DNA from: an uncultured Ktedonobacteraceae bacterium
GTDB lineage: Bacteria > Chloroflexota > Ktedonobacteria > Ktedonobacterales > Ktedonobacteraceae
Length of the DNA stretch: 64,000 nucleotides
NCBI GenBank assembly: GCA_964250805.1
Contig: CAXUHG010000004.1
Location: 25,730 to 89,729, forward strand
Direction: 5' to 3'
Below, piece after piece: positions 18,543 to 28,303 of this stretch (the first letter of the stretch is position 1; every line of letters begins with the position of its first letter). The position numbers and the translations under genes were made by a program. The notes beneath the pieces are model-generated. The model was given only the letters and a program-made list of their open reading frames with translations, made no database searches and had not been told where the DNA came from.

Positions 18543-19406
18543 ATGTCAACGACAGAACAATCAACGGTGATCGGCGTCTTCCGAGACCGTGCGATAGCAG
18601 ATGCCGCCATCCGTGAACTACATCAAGCAGGCTTCAGAGATGACCAGATACATCTCATGGGACACAGCGGGGGCGGCAATGCGTTAGAAGGTCTCAAGAA
18701 TCTCTTCTCTTCAAAACACACTACAACGACGACTGACACTGCCGACGAACTGACGCAGGCGGGCATCGGACAGGATAATATCGCCTATTATCAGCAGGAA
18801 ATTGAAGCAGGAAACTTCATCGTCGCAGTTCAATCCTATGGGCAGCAGAGGCAGGCAAGAGATATTCTCTATCAACATGGTGCCTACGATGCTTCAACAG
18901 ATGAGAGTCGCATTGGCGGCGGTGGACGCGTCATTCCTGTGCGTGAAGAGCGGCTACACGTAGACAAACAGGTTGTGCAGACAGGTGAGGTGGTTATTCG
19001 CAAGCGCGTCATCACCGAGAACAAAACTTTCACCATTCCTGTTACGCGCGAAGAGGTGACTATTGAACGTCTTCCCGCACGCAACGCTGCTGTGTCCACG
19101 TCTAACACACAGACGCCTAGCAATGACACATTACTTGACCGTAGAACTGATCTTGATCAAACCGATGCCCCTGTTACCGACGGTCGAGAGATGCTCAACC
19201 ACGATGGCACAATTCGCATTCTTGTGCGCGAGGAACAGGTGACATTCAACAAACAACCTGTCGTTATCGAAGAGATTCTTGTACGCAAACAGCAGGTACA
19301 GGAAAACAGAGAGATATCCGACACGCTGAAACGCGAAGAGGTACATATCGAACACAGCGGAAACATCATCATACACGATGACGGAGCAGATACAAAAGCG
19401 CAATAA
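18543..19406 (+). CDS. YsnF/AvaK (DUF2382) stress-response domain protein
   Basis: Two copies of the ...PVREERLHVDKQVVQTGEVVIRKRV... / ...REEQVTFNKQPVVIEEILVRK... pattern typical of DUF2382. Confidence 0.75.
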   Translation: MSTTEQSTVIGVFRDRAIADAAIRELHQAGFRDDQIHLMGHSGGGNALEGLKNLFSSKHTTTTTDTADELTQAGIGQDNIAYYQQEIEAGNFIVAVQSYGQQRQARDILYQHGAYDASTDESRIGGGGRVIPVREERLHVDKQVVQTGEVVIRKRVITENKTFTIPVTREEVTIERLPARNAAVSTSNTQTPSNDTLLDRRTDLDQTDAPVTDGREMLNHDGTIRILVREEQVTFNKQPVVIEEILVRKQQVQENREISDTLKREEVHIEHSGNIIIHDDGADTKAQ

Positions 19407-19473
19407 ATCTGTACATGCTAAAAGTTCTTGTGACAAATGTCACAAGAACTTTTAGCATGTACAGATTTATTGC
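19400..19473. terminator. Perfect 35-bp inverted repeat with a 4-nt loop
   Basis: GCAATAAATCTGTACATGCTAAAAGTTCTTGTGAC-aaat-GTCACAAGAACTTTTAGCATGTACAGATTTATTGC. It contains both convergent stop codons (19404-19406 and 19467-19469). Confidence 0.6.
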
Positions 19474-20498
19474 ACCAGTGAGACGCGTATCACAGCGGCT
19501 GTAATGTTGTCTGTGCCACCATTCTCGTTTGCACGCGCGATCAAGCGTTGCACACTCTCTTCTGGCTCGTACTGCTCGACGATTGCGCGTATCTCGTCCT
19601 CATTCACCAGTCCATGCAAGCCATCGGTGCATAGCACGAGAATATCCTTGTCTTGCACTTGCTCAGCACCAACATAAACCTCTATGTCGCGTGTCTCACC
19701 AAGACAGCGTACAATCACATTCCCTTTACCTTGAGCCTCGGCCTCTTCTCGCGTCATCGCACCAGTACGCACTTGTTCCGCTACCCACGAATGGTCTTCC
19801 GCAAGCTGTCGCATCTGTCCAGCTCGAAGTAAGTAGACGAAGCTATCACCAGCATTGGCGATATAAACGGTGTTATCTTTGAGTACAGCAGCAACGCAGG
19901 TTGTACCCATGTGCATGTCATGATCGAAAATGGCTCTATTTGCTTGTTCGACGGATGCACGCAATGCAGCAGCAATATCATTCCGAGCATCCTGATAATA
20001 AGTGTCACGTACCGTATTCACCGCGAGTTCGCTTGCAACCTCGCCTTTAGTATGACCACCCATACCATCGGCTACGACGAACAATGCTCCTTTTTGCGCC
20101 ATCACCTGTGCATCTGTCGGCACAACGGAGACGACGTTATCTTCGTTGTTCGCGCGTTTCAGCCCGATATCGGTACGAGCAGCGGTGTCCAGTGTTAGTA
20201 AACTCATGAATCGATACTCCTTTTCTTGCAAACCGAACAAACGTCTCAACAGACCAATGCTTGCCCTGACCTGTTCAGAGCAAACGCTAACAACAAAATC
20301 GGGCAGGACGAGCCTCCATAATCGTACAAGTCCTACTACGCCCTCTTGCCACACAGTATCGCGGTAGTAATCGCGAAATGTTTGCAGCATCTCGCGTCCA
20401 TACATGCGACGAAACGTAGGTGGATACAGCCATAAGAGAGCACGATACAACATTTCGGAGCGCGGAACTCGTCGCGGTTGTACAGGTTGTATACTCAT
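19467..20498 (-). CDS. PP2C-family Ser/Thr phosphatase with an N-terminal extension of the type found downstream of PadR genes
   Basis: PP2C motifs are ...ARTDIGLKRANNEDN..., ...VADGMGGH... and ...LCTDGL... . The first ~90 aa (LYRALLWLYPPTFRRMYGREML...) resemble the N-termini of proteins encoded downstream of PadR regulators. The ATG overlaps the padR stop (ATGA). Confidence 0.75.
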   Translation of the reverse strand: MSIQPVQPRRVPRSEMLYRALLWLYPPTFRRMYGREMLQTFRDYYRDTVWQEGVVGLVRLWRLVLPDFVVSVCSEQVRASIGLLRRLFGLQEKEYRFMSLLTLDTAARTDIGLKRANNEDNVVSVVPTDAQVMAQKGALFVVADGMGGHTKGEVASELAVNTVRDTYYQDARNDIAAALRASVEQANRAIFDHDMHMGTTCVAAVLKDNTVYIANAGDSFVYLLRAGQMRQLAEDHSWVAEQVRTGAMTREEAEAQGKGNVIVRCLGETRDIEVYVGAEQVQDKDILVLCTDGLHGLVNEDEIRAIVEQYEPEESVQRLIARANENGGTDNITAAVIRVSLVQ

Positions 20499-20875
20499 GC
20501 GATACCCCCTGTCGTATCCAATCCTGGCAAGAGATGCTTGCTATGCGCTACGCGTAACAACTGTTCCAGACGCCGAGCCTCAGCCTGTGCCACCCTTTGC
20601 CCGAAATCTGTGAGACGATAGTAACGCCGACGCTCATCGTCTAGTTCAGGATCGGGTCGCGCTCCCGACTCGACAATCAAGCCATCGTTCAACATGCGCT
20701 TAATCGAGCCGTACAACGTCCCAGGACCCATTCGCAACTCGCCATTCGTGTGTAGCGCAACCTCTTGCATAATGCTGTAGCCATGCCGCTCAGTTCCAAC
20801 GAGAGCTAATAGGATATGGAAGACTGCTGGCGTGAGTGGAAGCAGTGATTCGGGTTCACGTTCAGTATTTTTCAT
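20495..20875 (-). CDS. PadR-family transcriptional regulator
   Basis: Winged-helix segments ...LLALVGTERHGYSIMQEV... and ...GTLYGSIKRMLNDGLI... . I set the start at the ATG at 20875 (SD GGAGG 6 nt upstream) instead of the track start at 20908. Confidence 0.8.
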   Translation of the reverse strand: MKNTEREPESLLPLTPAVFHILLALVGTERHGYSIMQEVALHTNGELRMGPGTLYGSIKRMLNDGLIVESGARPDPELDDERRRYYRLTDFGQRVAQAEARRLEQLLRVAHSKHLLPGLDTTGGIA

Positions 20876-20890
20876 TGTGCCTCCTCGCAC

Positions 20891-20938
20891 AGGATAATAT
20901 ATCGCCAACGGATGTATCCGTTGGCAATATATTATCCT
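20891..20938. promoter_or_regulatory. 23-bp inverted repeat (one mismatch) in the divergent padR / molybdoenzyme promoter region; candidate operator
   Basis: AGGATAATATATCGCCAACGGAT-gt-ATCCGTTGGCAATATATTATCCT, lying 16 nt upstream of the padR start. Both flanking genes point away from it, so it is not a terminator position. Confidence 0.4.
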
Positions 20939-21045
20939 GAATCAGCTATTTTGTCAAGGGTAGAAATATCCGACAATTTTAGCTTAGCCAATCGTGGATA
21001 TGTCTGTTATGCTATATGTAATAGCAATTTGATATATGTATCGAG

Positions 21046-22722
21046 ATGAGAACTTTGGAAAAAATACTTTTTACACGCCGCCAACGCTTCTGGACTGGCT
21101 TTATTGCAGGGCTTGGCGCGGGCATCATAGCGACAGTGCTGATGTTGCTCTTGAGCGTCACCCTCAACGGGGTCTCGCTGCCGGAGGTCTTCGGCTCGGC
21201 TCTGACGCAATTGATGTCGCCAACAACCTTCAATACGTTGCATCAACTGATTGGTGGTGACGCCAAACATTACTTTTTTTACTGCATCATTGTAGGGCAA
21301 TGCCTTGTGTTCGCGCTTGCTGGCGGTCTCTGTACACTGTGGACAGGCTCGTTTCGAGCCGAGAAGACGGGCCAGGAGAAACTGCATTGGAGCGCGGGTC
21401 TGTTAGTTGCACTGGTACTTTTGTTATTCACGGGACTTCTCTTGTTGCCAGTTACTGGCTTTGGCCTTTTTGGTTTTCGTCTTGTCATTGGCCCACTCAA
21501 TACCACGCTTAGTCTTGCAATCGTTGGTGTTGTCTTTGGTGGCCTGTTTGTCTTGTTACAAAATCAATTAGTGGCGCGGCGTATACGACTCCTCAATGCG
21601 CCATTAGAGGTGCGTCAAAAGAGTGAGACGCGGCGCGAGCTTGTGTTACGCGGCATTCAAATTGTCGGACTCGGTGCGCTAGGTGTGTTCGCGTGGCGTT
21701 TTATTACAAGCGCAGGAGATATCACTACGGGCGGCGGTGGTGGAGCAACTAGTACATCCCTTGGTCTATTACAAGGATACAAGCCTAAGATCGTACCCGC
21801 ACCAGTGCCAAACTACGGGAATATCCAGCAGGTACCATTGCTCTCGAAAGAGATCACATCGAACGATCAGTACTATATCGTCTCGAAAAATCTCTTCTCT
21901 GATCCCTCGGTCAACGGGGACACATGGCACCTTTCGGTATCCGGTGAGATTGAACACAGCTTCTCGCTCAGTTATAAAGATCTACTGGCACTACCAACAA
22001 AACAGCAGTACGAGTCCATGATGTGCATTAGTAATGAGGTTGGTGGTCCCTACATGAGCAGTGCGCTCTGGGAGGGTATTCCGCTCGCGGATCTGCTCGC
22101 TCGTGGGGGCGCGATAAAACCAGGGGCGACAAAGGTTGTTCTCTACGCTGCCGATGACTACAGCGATAGCATTCACCTCTCTAAAGCACTGGAACCGACG
22201 ACATTGCTAGCTCTACGCATGAACGGGACCACCCTCCCACAGGGACACGGCTTTCCCTTACGTCTACTTGTCCCTGGTATCTATGGCATGAAGCATGTCA
22301 AATGGATTACGCGCATAGAGGTTGTCAATACAGACTTTCAAGGCTACTGGCAAGAGCGCGGATGGAGCGACCCCGCACCACTACGCATGACCTCACGCAT
22401 CGACACACCACTGACGGGTGCAACACTAACAGCTAACAAAACCACATATATAGCGGGTGTAGCTTTTTCTGGTAACAAGGGCATCAGCGAGGTTGATGTC
22501 AGTTTTGACAATGGCAAAACATGGAACAAAACTACGCTTAAACGTCCACTATCGGCTCTAACATGGGTGCTATGGGAACTCTCATGGCAACCACCAGTAG
22601 GCACGTATACGGCAATCGTGCGTGCCATCGACGCGCAAGGCAACGTGCAGGACCCCAATATCGCGCCACCTCTGCCCGACGGCTCGACTGGCTACCACAC
22701 CATCGAACTCACCGTGAAATAA
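21046..22722 (+). CDS. Membrane-anchored molybdopterin-dependent oxidoreductase (sulfite-oxidase family)
   Basis: An N-terminal domain of about 6 TM helices, then Moco-domain segments ...MMCISNEVGG... and ...GFPLRLLVPGIYGMKHVKWITRIEV..., plus a C-terminal Ig-like dimerisation-type region. Confidence 0.75.
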   Translation: MRTLEKILFTRRQRFWTGFIAGLGAGIIATVLMLLLSVTLNGVSLPEVFGSALTQLMSPTTFNTLHQLIGGDAKHYFFYCIIVGQCLVFALAGGLCTLWTGSFRAEKTGQEKLHWSAGLLVALVLLLFTGLLLLPVTGFGLFGFRLVIGPLNTTLSLAIVGVVFGGLFVLLQNQLVARRIRLLNAPLEVRQKSETRRELVLRGIQIVGLGALGVFAWRFITSAGDITTGGGGGATSTSLGLLQGYKPKIVPAPVPNYGNIQQVPLLSKEITSNDQYYIVSKNLFSDPSVNGDTWHLSVSGEIEHSFSLSYKDLLALPTKQQYESMMCISNEVGGPYMSSALWEGIPLADLLARGGAIKPGATKVVLYAADDYSDSIHLSKALEPTTLLALRMNGTTLPQGHGFPLRLLVPGIYGMKHVKWITRIEVVNTDFQGYWQERGWSDPAPLRMTSRIDTPLTGATLTANKTTYIAGVAFSGNKGISEVDVSFDNGKTWNKTTLKRPLSALTWVLWELSWQPPVGTYTAIVRAIDAQGNVQDPNIAPPLPDGSTGYHTIELTVK

Positions 22723-22724
22723 AT

Positions 22725-22794
22725 GGAAAGATAATTTTGCCCATTTCTTCATTCCGACACGTCAGAATGAAGAAATGGGCAAAATTATCTTTCC
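22725..22794. terminator. Perfect 30-bp inverted repeat with a 10-nt loop
   Basis: GGAAAGATAATTTTGCCCATTTCTTCATTC-cgacacgtca-GAATGAAGAAATGGGCAAAATTATCTTTCC, starting 3 nt after the stop codon. Confidence 0.6.
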
Positions 22795-23009
22795 AACAAC
22801 ATCCCCCAAAACGCACATATACATAGACGCATGCAACTATTTTAACCACAATTCGTTATTCATTGCGAAACGTCAAAAAGACATGGCACAACTTGTCCGC
22901 TTTTGGCCTTTTCATTGATTGTAGTATGTAGGGGGAACGACTCCTTAACAAAAACAGCGACAACACAGATATCGGTTGGCGCGGCAAACGTTATGGGGTC
23001 GGCGGTTAT

Positions 23010-23657
23010 ATGATCGCAGGTAAGGCTATTATGGTGATGGAAGTTCAGGGGGATGAGGTAACTCGTCTACGCGCGGGTGATCCTCAGGCATTTCGTGCGC
23101 TTATGGAACGATTACAATATCCGATTACAGGATATCTTCATCGTCTTGTCGGTGAGCGTGAAGTGGCACTGGACCTTGCACAGGACACATTTCTACAAGT
23201 CTATAAAGAAATTGGTAAGACATCCTCGCATCTTGAAATAGATGCCTGGATATACCGTATTGCAACAAATTTCGGGCTACGCTATCTCAACAGAAAGAAT
23301 TTGCGCCATTTCATCCCGTTCTCATTTGGCACCGACTATACAGAGAGTGAAGGACAGGATGTGAGTCATGAGGAGTCGCTCGTAGAGGCTTCATTCGAGG
23401 AGCGAACCGAGACAAGCATACTCGTTCAGGAAGCCTTCAAGCATCTCTCGCCCAAAGATGCCGCATGTGTGCAACTGCACTATGGGGACGGTTTTACATA
23501 CGAGCAGATTGGGCAGATCGTCAATATTTCGGCGGAGGCGGTACGCAAACGCGTTTCGCGCGGCGTTGAAAAGTTTCGCAAGGTCTATGCTCAGGAGAAT
23601 CCGCTGGTACGCTCTACTGCTAGCATCAGGCCAAGCAGTGCGTTAAATAAGCAGTGA
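23010..23657 (+). CDS. ECF-type sigma-70 family RNA polymerase sigma factor
   Basis: Region 2 is ...DLAQDTFLQVYKEI...WIYRIATNF... and region 4 is ...CVQLHYGDGFTYEQIGQIVNISAEAVRKRVSRG... . The start is uncertain (ATG alternatives at 23031 and 23037). Confidence 0.8.
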   Translation: MIAGKAIMVMEVQGDEVTRLRAGDPQAFRALMERLQYPITGYLHRLVGEREVALDLAQDTFLQVYKEIGKTSSHLEIDAWIYRIATNFGLRYLNRKNLRHFIPFSFGTDYTESEGQDVSHEESLVEASFEERTETSILVQEAFKHLSPKDAACVQLHYGDGFTYEQIGQIVNISAEAVRKRVSRGVEKFRKVYAQENPLVRSTASIRPSSALNKQ

Positions 23658-23769
23658 GATGGTGAGTGTATGTTATGAATATGTTACTTCAAATATCTTT
23701 TTTCTTACGTTCATCTTATAAAATGCTATTTTCAAAAAATGTTAGTCAGGGAGGACAAGAGAACAGCAT

Positions 23770-24519
23770 ATGAAACACCCAACTGACGACATACTACTCG
23801 CCTATGTTCGCAATCAGCAAGGTCAATGGCAAGCAGATACACGCGAACATCTTACAAGCTGCCTAATCTGTAGTAGGCGATGTGCCGAATTAAAACATAT
23901 AGGGCATACGATAGAAGACTGGACGCACGGCTATCAGAAAGACGCAGCATATGCGACGGTATCGAAACGTGTCTTGCGCAATCTGCATACTGCGCAATCT
24001 GCACGTACCAAAAGTTCCTTGCGCCCAAGAATCCATTTATCTGTGGTCATGGTTTTTGCGGCACTATGTCTCATAGTGCTTGTTGGCTTCACAGCTCAAC
24101 TTACAGGAAGTTTTGCCAGTCCCTTTAAGTGGAGTTCCTTGCCGTTGTTGCCTTCACATATGACTGTCAACACGCCACAACCACCAACAGCCACCCCTGC
24201 TATTACTACAGGGAGTGCAGGCAATGCCATTACGGCTACTATCAAAACCAATTGTACAACCGATGCAGATGTCAAGGAACACCACTTACATATCTGCGGT
24301 AGTAACTTTACTCCAGGCGGTTCTGTAGTCATCGCGTATACCCTTATCGACGGCAAAATCAAGAAACATGATGTACAAGTTGATGAAAATGGTGCATTCA
24401 TTGACATATTGAGAATAAATAGCTGTAACGACATACCTACCGCTATTGACGCGACGAATACGAAAGATAGTCGGCAGACCGTTCATTACGATAAGTATAT
24501 CGAATTTGGAAACTGCTAG
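23770..24519 (+). CDS. Anti-sigma factor (zf-HC2 N-terminus, single TM, extracytoplasmic domain)
   Basis: H-x3-C-x2-C motif (HLTSCLICSRRC), a TM helix VVMVFAALCLIVLVGF, and a position downstream of the ECF sigma gene. Confidence 0.65.
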   Translation: MKHPTDDILLAYVRNQQGQWQADTREHLTSCLICSRRCAELKHIGHTIEDWTHGYQKDAAYATVSKRVLRNLHTAQSARTKSSLRPRIHLSVVMVFAALCLIVLVGFTAQLTGSFASPFKWSSLPLLPSHMTVNTPQPPTATPAITTGSAGNAITATIKTNCTTDADVKEHHLHICGSNFTPGGSVVIAYTLIDGKIKKHDVQVDENGAFIDILRINSCNDIPTAIDATNTKDSRQTVHYDKYIEFGNC

Positions 24520-24590
24520 TCTTTGGAAACAACAAACACATGAAACGAAAGCTAGAACTTCGCAGCTCTCGTTCGGAAGGATAGAAGAAC

Positions 24591-24827
24591 ATGGTACGAC
24601 AGTGTGCATGGTGTCTGCGACTCATGAACAATGCAGGAGAGCATCTCTCACCAGCACCACTGCCCAAAATCTACGACGCGACACATGGAATATGTAGTGT
24701 ATGTGGAGTGCGGTGGATGGAGCAGGCAATGGGGACACAGGATACAGGCGAGTTTTTTTTCCAATTGCAAACACAGAACAATGCGTCACCTTCCCTTACA
24801 GAACAAAAAACGCCAGCAACGATATAA
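24591..24827 (+). CDS. Small 4-Cys (CxxC ... CxxC) protein, hypothetical
   Basis: 78 aa. The segment CAWCLRLM...ATHGICSVCG resembles a recurrent small zinc-binding motif (C.WC ... HGIC..C). Confidence 0.4.
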   Translation: MVRQCAWCLRLMNNAGEHLSPAPLPKIYDATHGICSVCGVRWMEQAMGTQDTGEFFFQLQTQNNASPSLTEQKTPATI

Positions 24828-24890
24828 GAACAAGAGAAAGAGCGACTCAAACGGTTTTGCCGTTTGAGTTGCTCTTTCTCTTGTTCTTAT
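24824..24890. terminator. 31-bp inverted repeat (one G.T pair) with a 5-nt loop
   Basis: ATAAGAACAAGAGAAAGAGCGACTCAAACGG-ttttg-CCGTTTGAGTTGCTCTTTCTCTTGTTCTTAT. The arms contain both convergent stops (24825-24827 and 24887-24889). Confidence 0.6.
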
Positions 24891-25753
24891 AGAAACTGTT
24901 GGATGAGGTTGTTCACTTCGTCGGGTTGCTCTTGCTGCACCCAGTGACCGCTATCGGCGATACGCCGTACCTGTATCTTTGGCACCCATTGCTCAAGGTT
25001 GTGGGTCAGGGCGATATCGAGGGCCACGTCTTGCTCACCCCATATCAAGAGCGTTGGAGCTTGAATAACCGTCTGCTTGCTACTCCTCGTCGAACCAAAG
25101 TTGCCCCTACGAAAGACCTCACGATAGTAGTTCAGAGCGGCGGTTAATGCCCCTGGCTTGCTCATTGTTGCTTGATAGAGTAGCAAAAGGTCGGGTGGAA
25201 ACTCCGCTTTCTGCACGGCACTCTGATAGATGGCGCGTCCTATCGCTTGTGCGTGGTTGGCACCGAGCAGAACTTCGGGCAACCAGGGAATTTGGAAGAA
25301 GAAAATATACCAGCTTTTCCTGAGTTGCTTGAAGGTACGAAGTTCGCGTTGCAACGCCCACGGATGCGGCGCGTTCAACACAATCAGGCGTTGCGTCATC
25401 TCTGGATACCTCATCGCAAAAGTCCATGCAAGGGCACCGCCCCAGTCGTGTCCAACGATAATCGCCTTCTCATATCCAAGCCCTTTAATCAAGCCTTCGA
25501 TATCACGTAACAGATTGGGCACGTCGTACCCTGTACGCGGCTTATCGGTCTCATTATAGCCGCGTAGGTCGGGCGCAACAACGGTATAGCCCTGCTCCGC
25601 CAGAAAGAGAATCTGGTGCCGCCACGAATACCAGAACTCAGGGAAGCCGTGTAGCATCACGACTAAGGGACCTTCACCTTGAATGACATAATGCATGCGT
25701 ATGCCATTGGTGATGATGTTACGATGCTGCCATGTCTCCGTTGTTGTTGCCAT
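24887..25753 (-). CDS. Alpha/beta hydrolase (epoxide-hydrolase / haloalkane-dehalogenase-like)
   Basis: HGFPEFWYSWRHQ oxyanion region and nucleophile elbow GHDWGG; 288 aa. Confidence 0.8.
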   Translation of the reverse strand: MATTTETWQHRNIITNGIRMHYVIQGEGPLVVMLHGFPEFWYSWRHQILFLAEQGYTVVAPDLRGYNETDKPRTGYDVPNLLRDIEGLIKGLGYEKAIIVGHDWGGALAWTFAMRYPEMTQRLIVLNAPHPWALQRELRTFKQLRKSWYIFFFQIPWLPEVLLGANHAQAIGRAIYQSAVQKAEFPPDLLLLYQATMSKPGALTAALNYYREVFRRGNFGSTRSSKQTVIQAPTLLIWGEQDVALDIALTHNLEQWVPKIQVRRIADSGHWVQQEQPDEVNNLIQQFL

Positions 25754-25767
25754 TACAAAAACTCCTC

Positions 25768-25827
25768 TTTTCCTAAAGAGAGATTGGGAACGGCACTCGT
25801 GCCGTTCCCAATCTCTCTTTAGGAAAA
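25768..25827. terminator. Perfect 29-bp inverted repeat with a 2-nt spacer, 3' of sdhB
   Basis: TTTTCCTAAAGAGAGATTGGGAACGGCAC-tc-GTGCCGTTCCCAATCTCTCTTTAGGAAAA. It abuts the sdhB stop at 25828-25830. Confidence 0.6.
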
Positions 25828-26535
25828 CTATCCGTTTACAGCATCATCATACACGATGGCGCGTTTCACCTGCTCGATGAGATCGGTGACGGGAATACCA
25901 CGCGGACATGCGTCGGCACAGTTGAAGATAGTACGGCAACGCCATACACCATCACGTTGTCCCAGAATGCCGAGACGCTCCTCGCCACCTTGATCGCGGC
26001 TATCGAAGATGAAGCGGTGCGCGTTGACAATCGAGGCTGGCCCAACCCAATCGGGATTGCCCCATACAGACGGACACGATCCGGTGCAGGCACCGCATAG
26101 GATACACTTGGTACCCTCGTCGAAGCGAGCGCGTTCCTCGGCACTTTGCAGTCGCTCCGTCCCCGGCTCGTTATCATATGTAATCAGATACGGCTTGATT
26201 GACTTGTACTTGTCGAAGAATGGATCCATGTCTACCACGAGGTCACGAATAACTGAGAAGCCCAGCATTGGCTCAATCGTCACCTTGTTGCCAACATCGC
26301 GCATCAACACCTTACAGGCGAGACGGTTGCGCCCATTGATACGCATGGCATCGGAGCCGCATACGCCGTGAGCGCATGAGCGACGGTAGGTTAACGTGCC
26401 GTCCATATTCCATTTGACGGTGTTCAGTGCATCCAACAAACGATCAATCGGGTCTGCCTCAACGCGATACTCCGCCCAATATGGCTTACTGTCCCGTTCG
26501 GGGTCATAGCGTTTGATACGCATCAGTACGTTCAT
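25828..26535 (-). CDS. sdhB: Succinate dehydrogenase / fumarate reductase iron-sulfur subunit
   Basis: Cys clusters are ...CAHGVCGSDAMRING..., ...CILCGACTGSCP... and ...CRTIFNCADACPRGI... . I set the start at the ATG at 26535 (SD GGAG upstream) rather than 26589, which would overlap sdhA. Confidence 0.9.
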   Translation of the reverse strand: MNVLMRIKRYDPERDSKPYWAEYRVEADPIDRLLDALNTVKWNMDGTLTYRRSCAHGVCGSDAMRINGRNRLACKVLMRDVGNKVTIEPMLGFSVIRDLVVDMDPFFDKYKSIKPYLITYDNEPGTERLQSAEERARFDEGTKCILCGACTGSCPSVWGNPDWVGPASIVNAHRFIFDSRDQGGEERLGILGQRDGVWRCRTIFNCADACPRGIPVTDLIEQVKRAIVYDDAVNG

Positions 26536-26551
26536 GTTAATATATTCTCCT

Positions 26552-28288
26552 CTAGTATTTGCGCTCTTTGGGCTTGAATATCGGGTCATCGACCAGAATC
26601 ACGTCTTTGTAGTCCAGGCGAACATCGTGTACAGTCTCACCCTTGTAGGCAAGCGTATGTTTGAGCCAGTTCACATCGTCGCGCTTCAGATAATCGAGAC
26701 GGAAATGTGCGCCGCGACTCTCGGTACGCGCCAACGCCCCATGCGTTGTGGCTTCGGCGCAATCGAGCAGGAAGCCAAGTTCAATTGTTTCGACGAGTTC
26801 TGTGTTGAAACGCTTGCCCTTATCCTGAATCTGCACCTTGCTGTACGCATCTTGTAGACCATCGAGTGTGTCCAGAGCATGACGTAGACCTCGGTCGGTG
26901 CGCTCAACCATCACTCTTTCGTCCATCTCGTTCTGCATCTCGCTACGAATGCGTGCGGCAGACTCACCGCCCGTCGAGCTATAGAGACGATCAACAAGTT
27001 CACGCGAGTAGGCTTCTGGGTCGGGCGGCAAAGGTGCGTGATCGTTCTCTTTAATGAACTGTGCCATGTGTTTGCCCGCGCGTCGCCCGAACACAATCAG
27101 GTCCACCAGCGAATTCGTGCCAAGTCGGTTCGCGCCATGCACCGAGACACATGCGACCTCACCTGCGGCGTAGAAGCCAGGTGAAACCGTCCACTGGGGA
27201 TCGAGAACAACGCGTGCATCGGTATCGGTTGGAATGCCACCCATCGCGTAGTGTGCTGTGGGTTGAATCGGCACTGGTTCCGTGATTGGCTCGACGCCGA
27301 GATAGTTACGCGCAAAATCGGTGATATCTGGCAACTTCTCAGCAATTTTTTGTGCGCCGAGGTGTCGCACGTCGAGGAAGACGTAATCTTTGCCATCAAC
27401 GCCGTTGCCGTCTTTGATCTCTTGCACGATACTGCGCGATACAATGTCGCGTGGTGCGAGGTCCTTCAGTGTCGGCATGTAGCGTTCCATGAAGTACTCA
27501 CCCTTGCCATTGAGCAGCTTTCCGCCTTCGCCACGCGCCGCCTCACTTAGCAGGACGCCCACTTTATAGATGCCCGTCGGGTGGAATTGATACATCTCCA
27601 TATCCTGCAGAGGAATACCACGTCGATACGCGACCGACATACCATCGCCCATACACGCGAAGGCGTTACTGGTGACGCGCCATGCACGTCCATAACCACC
27701 CGTTGCAAACAAAACTGCTTTGGCATGGAAGGTGTGTATCTCGCCTGTACGAATCTCTAGCGCAACTACGCCACACGCCTGCCCATCGTTCATTAACAGG
27801 TCGAGCATGAGATATTCGTTAAAGAAGCGTACCTGATTCTTGATTGCGCTCTGATACATCGTCTGAAGAATCATGTGGCCTGTACGGTCGGCAGCGTAGC
27901 AGGAACGGCGCACTGGTCCCTCACCGTAGTTACGCGTGTGCCCACCGAAACGGCGCTGGTCGATGCGACCATCAGCGGTACGGTTGAAGGGCAAACCGCG
28001 ATGCTCAAGCTCGTATACAGCGTCGATAGCCTCGCGTGCGAGAATTTCCGCCGCTGGCTGGTCTACCAGATAGTCGCCGCCCTTCACAGTATCGTACATG
28101 TGCCACTGCCAGTGGTCTTCTTCCTGATTGCCAAGTGCAGCGGCAACACCGCCCTGTGCAGCTCCAGTATGTGAGCGCGTGGGGTAGACCTTTGTCAGAA
28201 CCGCAACGCTGGCGTTGGGTAGCTGCATCGCTGCCATCAAACCAGCACCGCCGGAGCCAACGATAATCACATCAAACTTATGGTACAT
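26552..28288 (-). CDS. sdhA: Succinate dehydrogenase flavoprotein subunit
   Basis: FAD motif FDVIIVGSGGAGL, ...RSHTGAAQGG..., ...HPTG..., and the C-terminus RGAHFRLDY. The start is at the ATG at 28288. Confidence 0.92.
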   Translation of the reverse strand: MYHKFDVIIVGSGGAGLMAAMQLPNASVAVLTKVYPTRSHTGAAQGGVAAALGNQEEDHWQWHMYDTVKGGDYLVDQPAAEILAREAIDAVYELEHRGLPFNRTADGRIDQRRFGGHTRNYGEGPVRRSCYAADRTGHMILQTMYQSAIKNQVRFFNEYLMLDLLMNDGQACGVVALEIRTGEIHTFHAKAVLFATGGYGRAWRVTSNAFACMGDGMSVAYRRGIPLQDMEMYQFHPTGIYKVGVLLSEAARGEGGKLLNGKGEYFMERYMPTLKDLAPRDIVSRSIVQEIKDGNGVDGKDYVFLDVRHLGAQKIAEKLPDITDFARNYLGVEPITEPVPIQPTAHYAMGGIPTDTDARVVLDPQWTVSPGFYAAGEVACVSVHGANRLGTNSLVDLIVFGRRAGKHMAQFIKENDHAPLPPDPEAYSRELVDRLYSSTGGESAARIRSEMQNEMDERVMVERTDRGLRHALDTLDGLQDAYSKVQIQDKGKRFNTELVETIELGFLLDCAEATTHGALARTESRGAHFRLDYLKRDDVNWLKHTLAYKGETVHDVRLDYKDVILVDDPIFKPKERKY

Positions 28289-28303
28289 AGTAAAATCCTT
28301 ACT

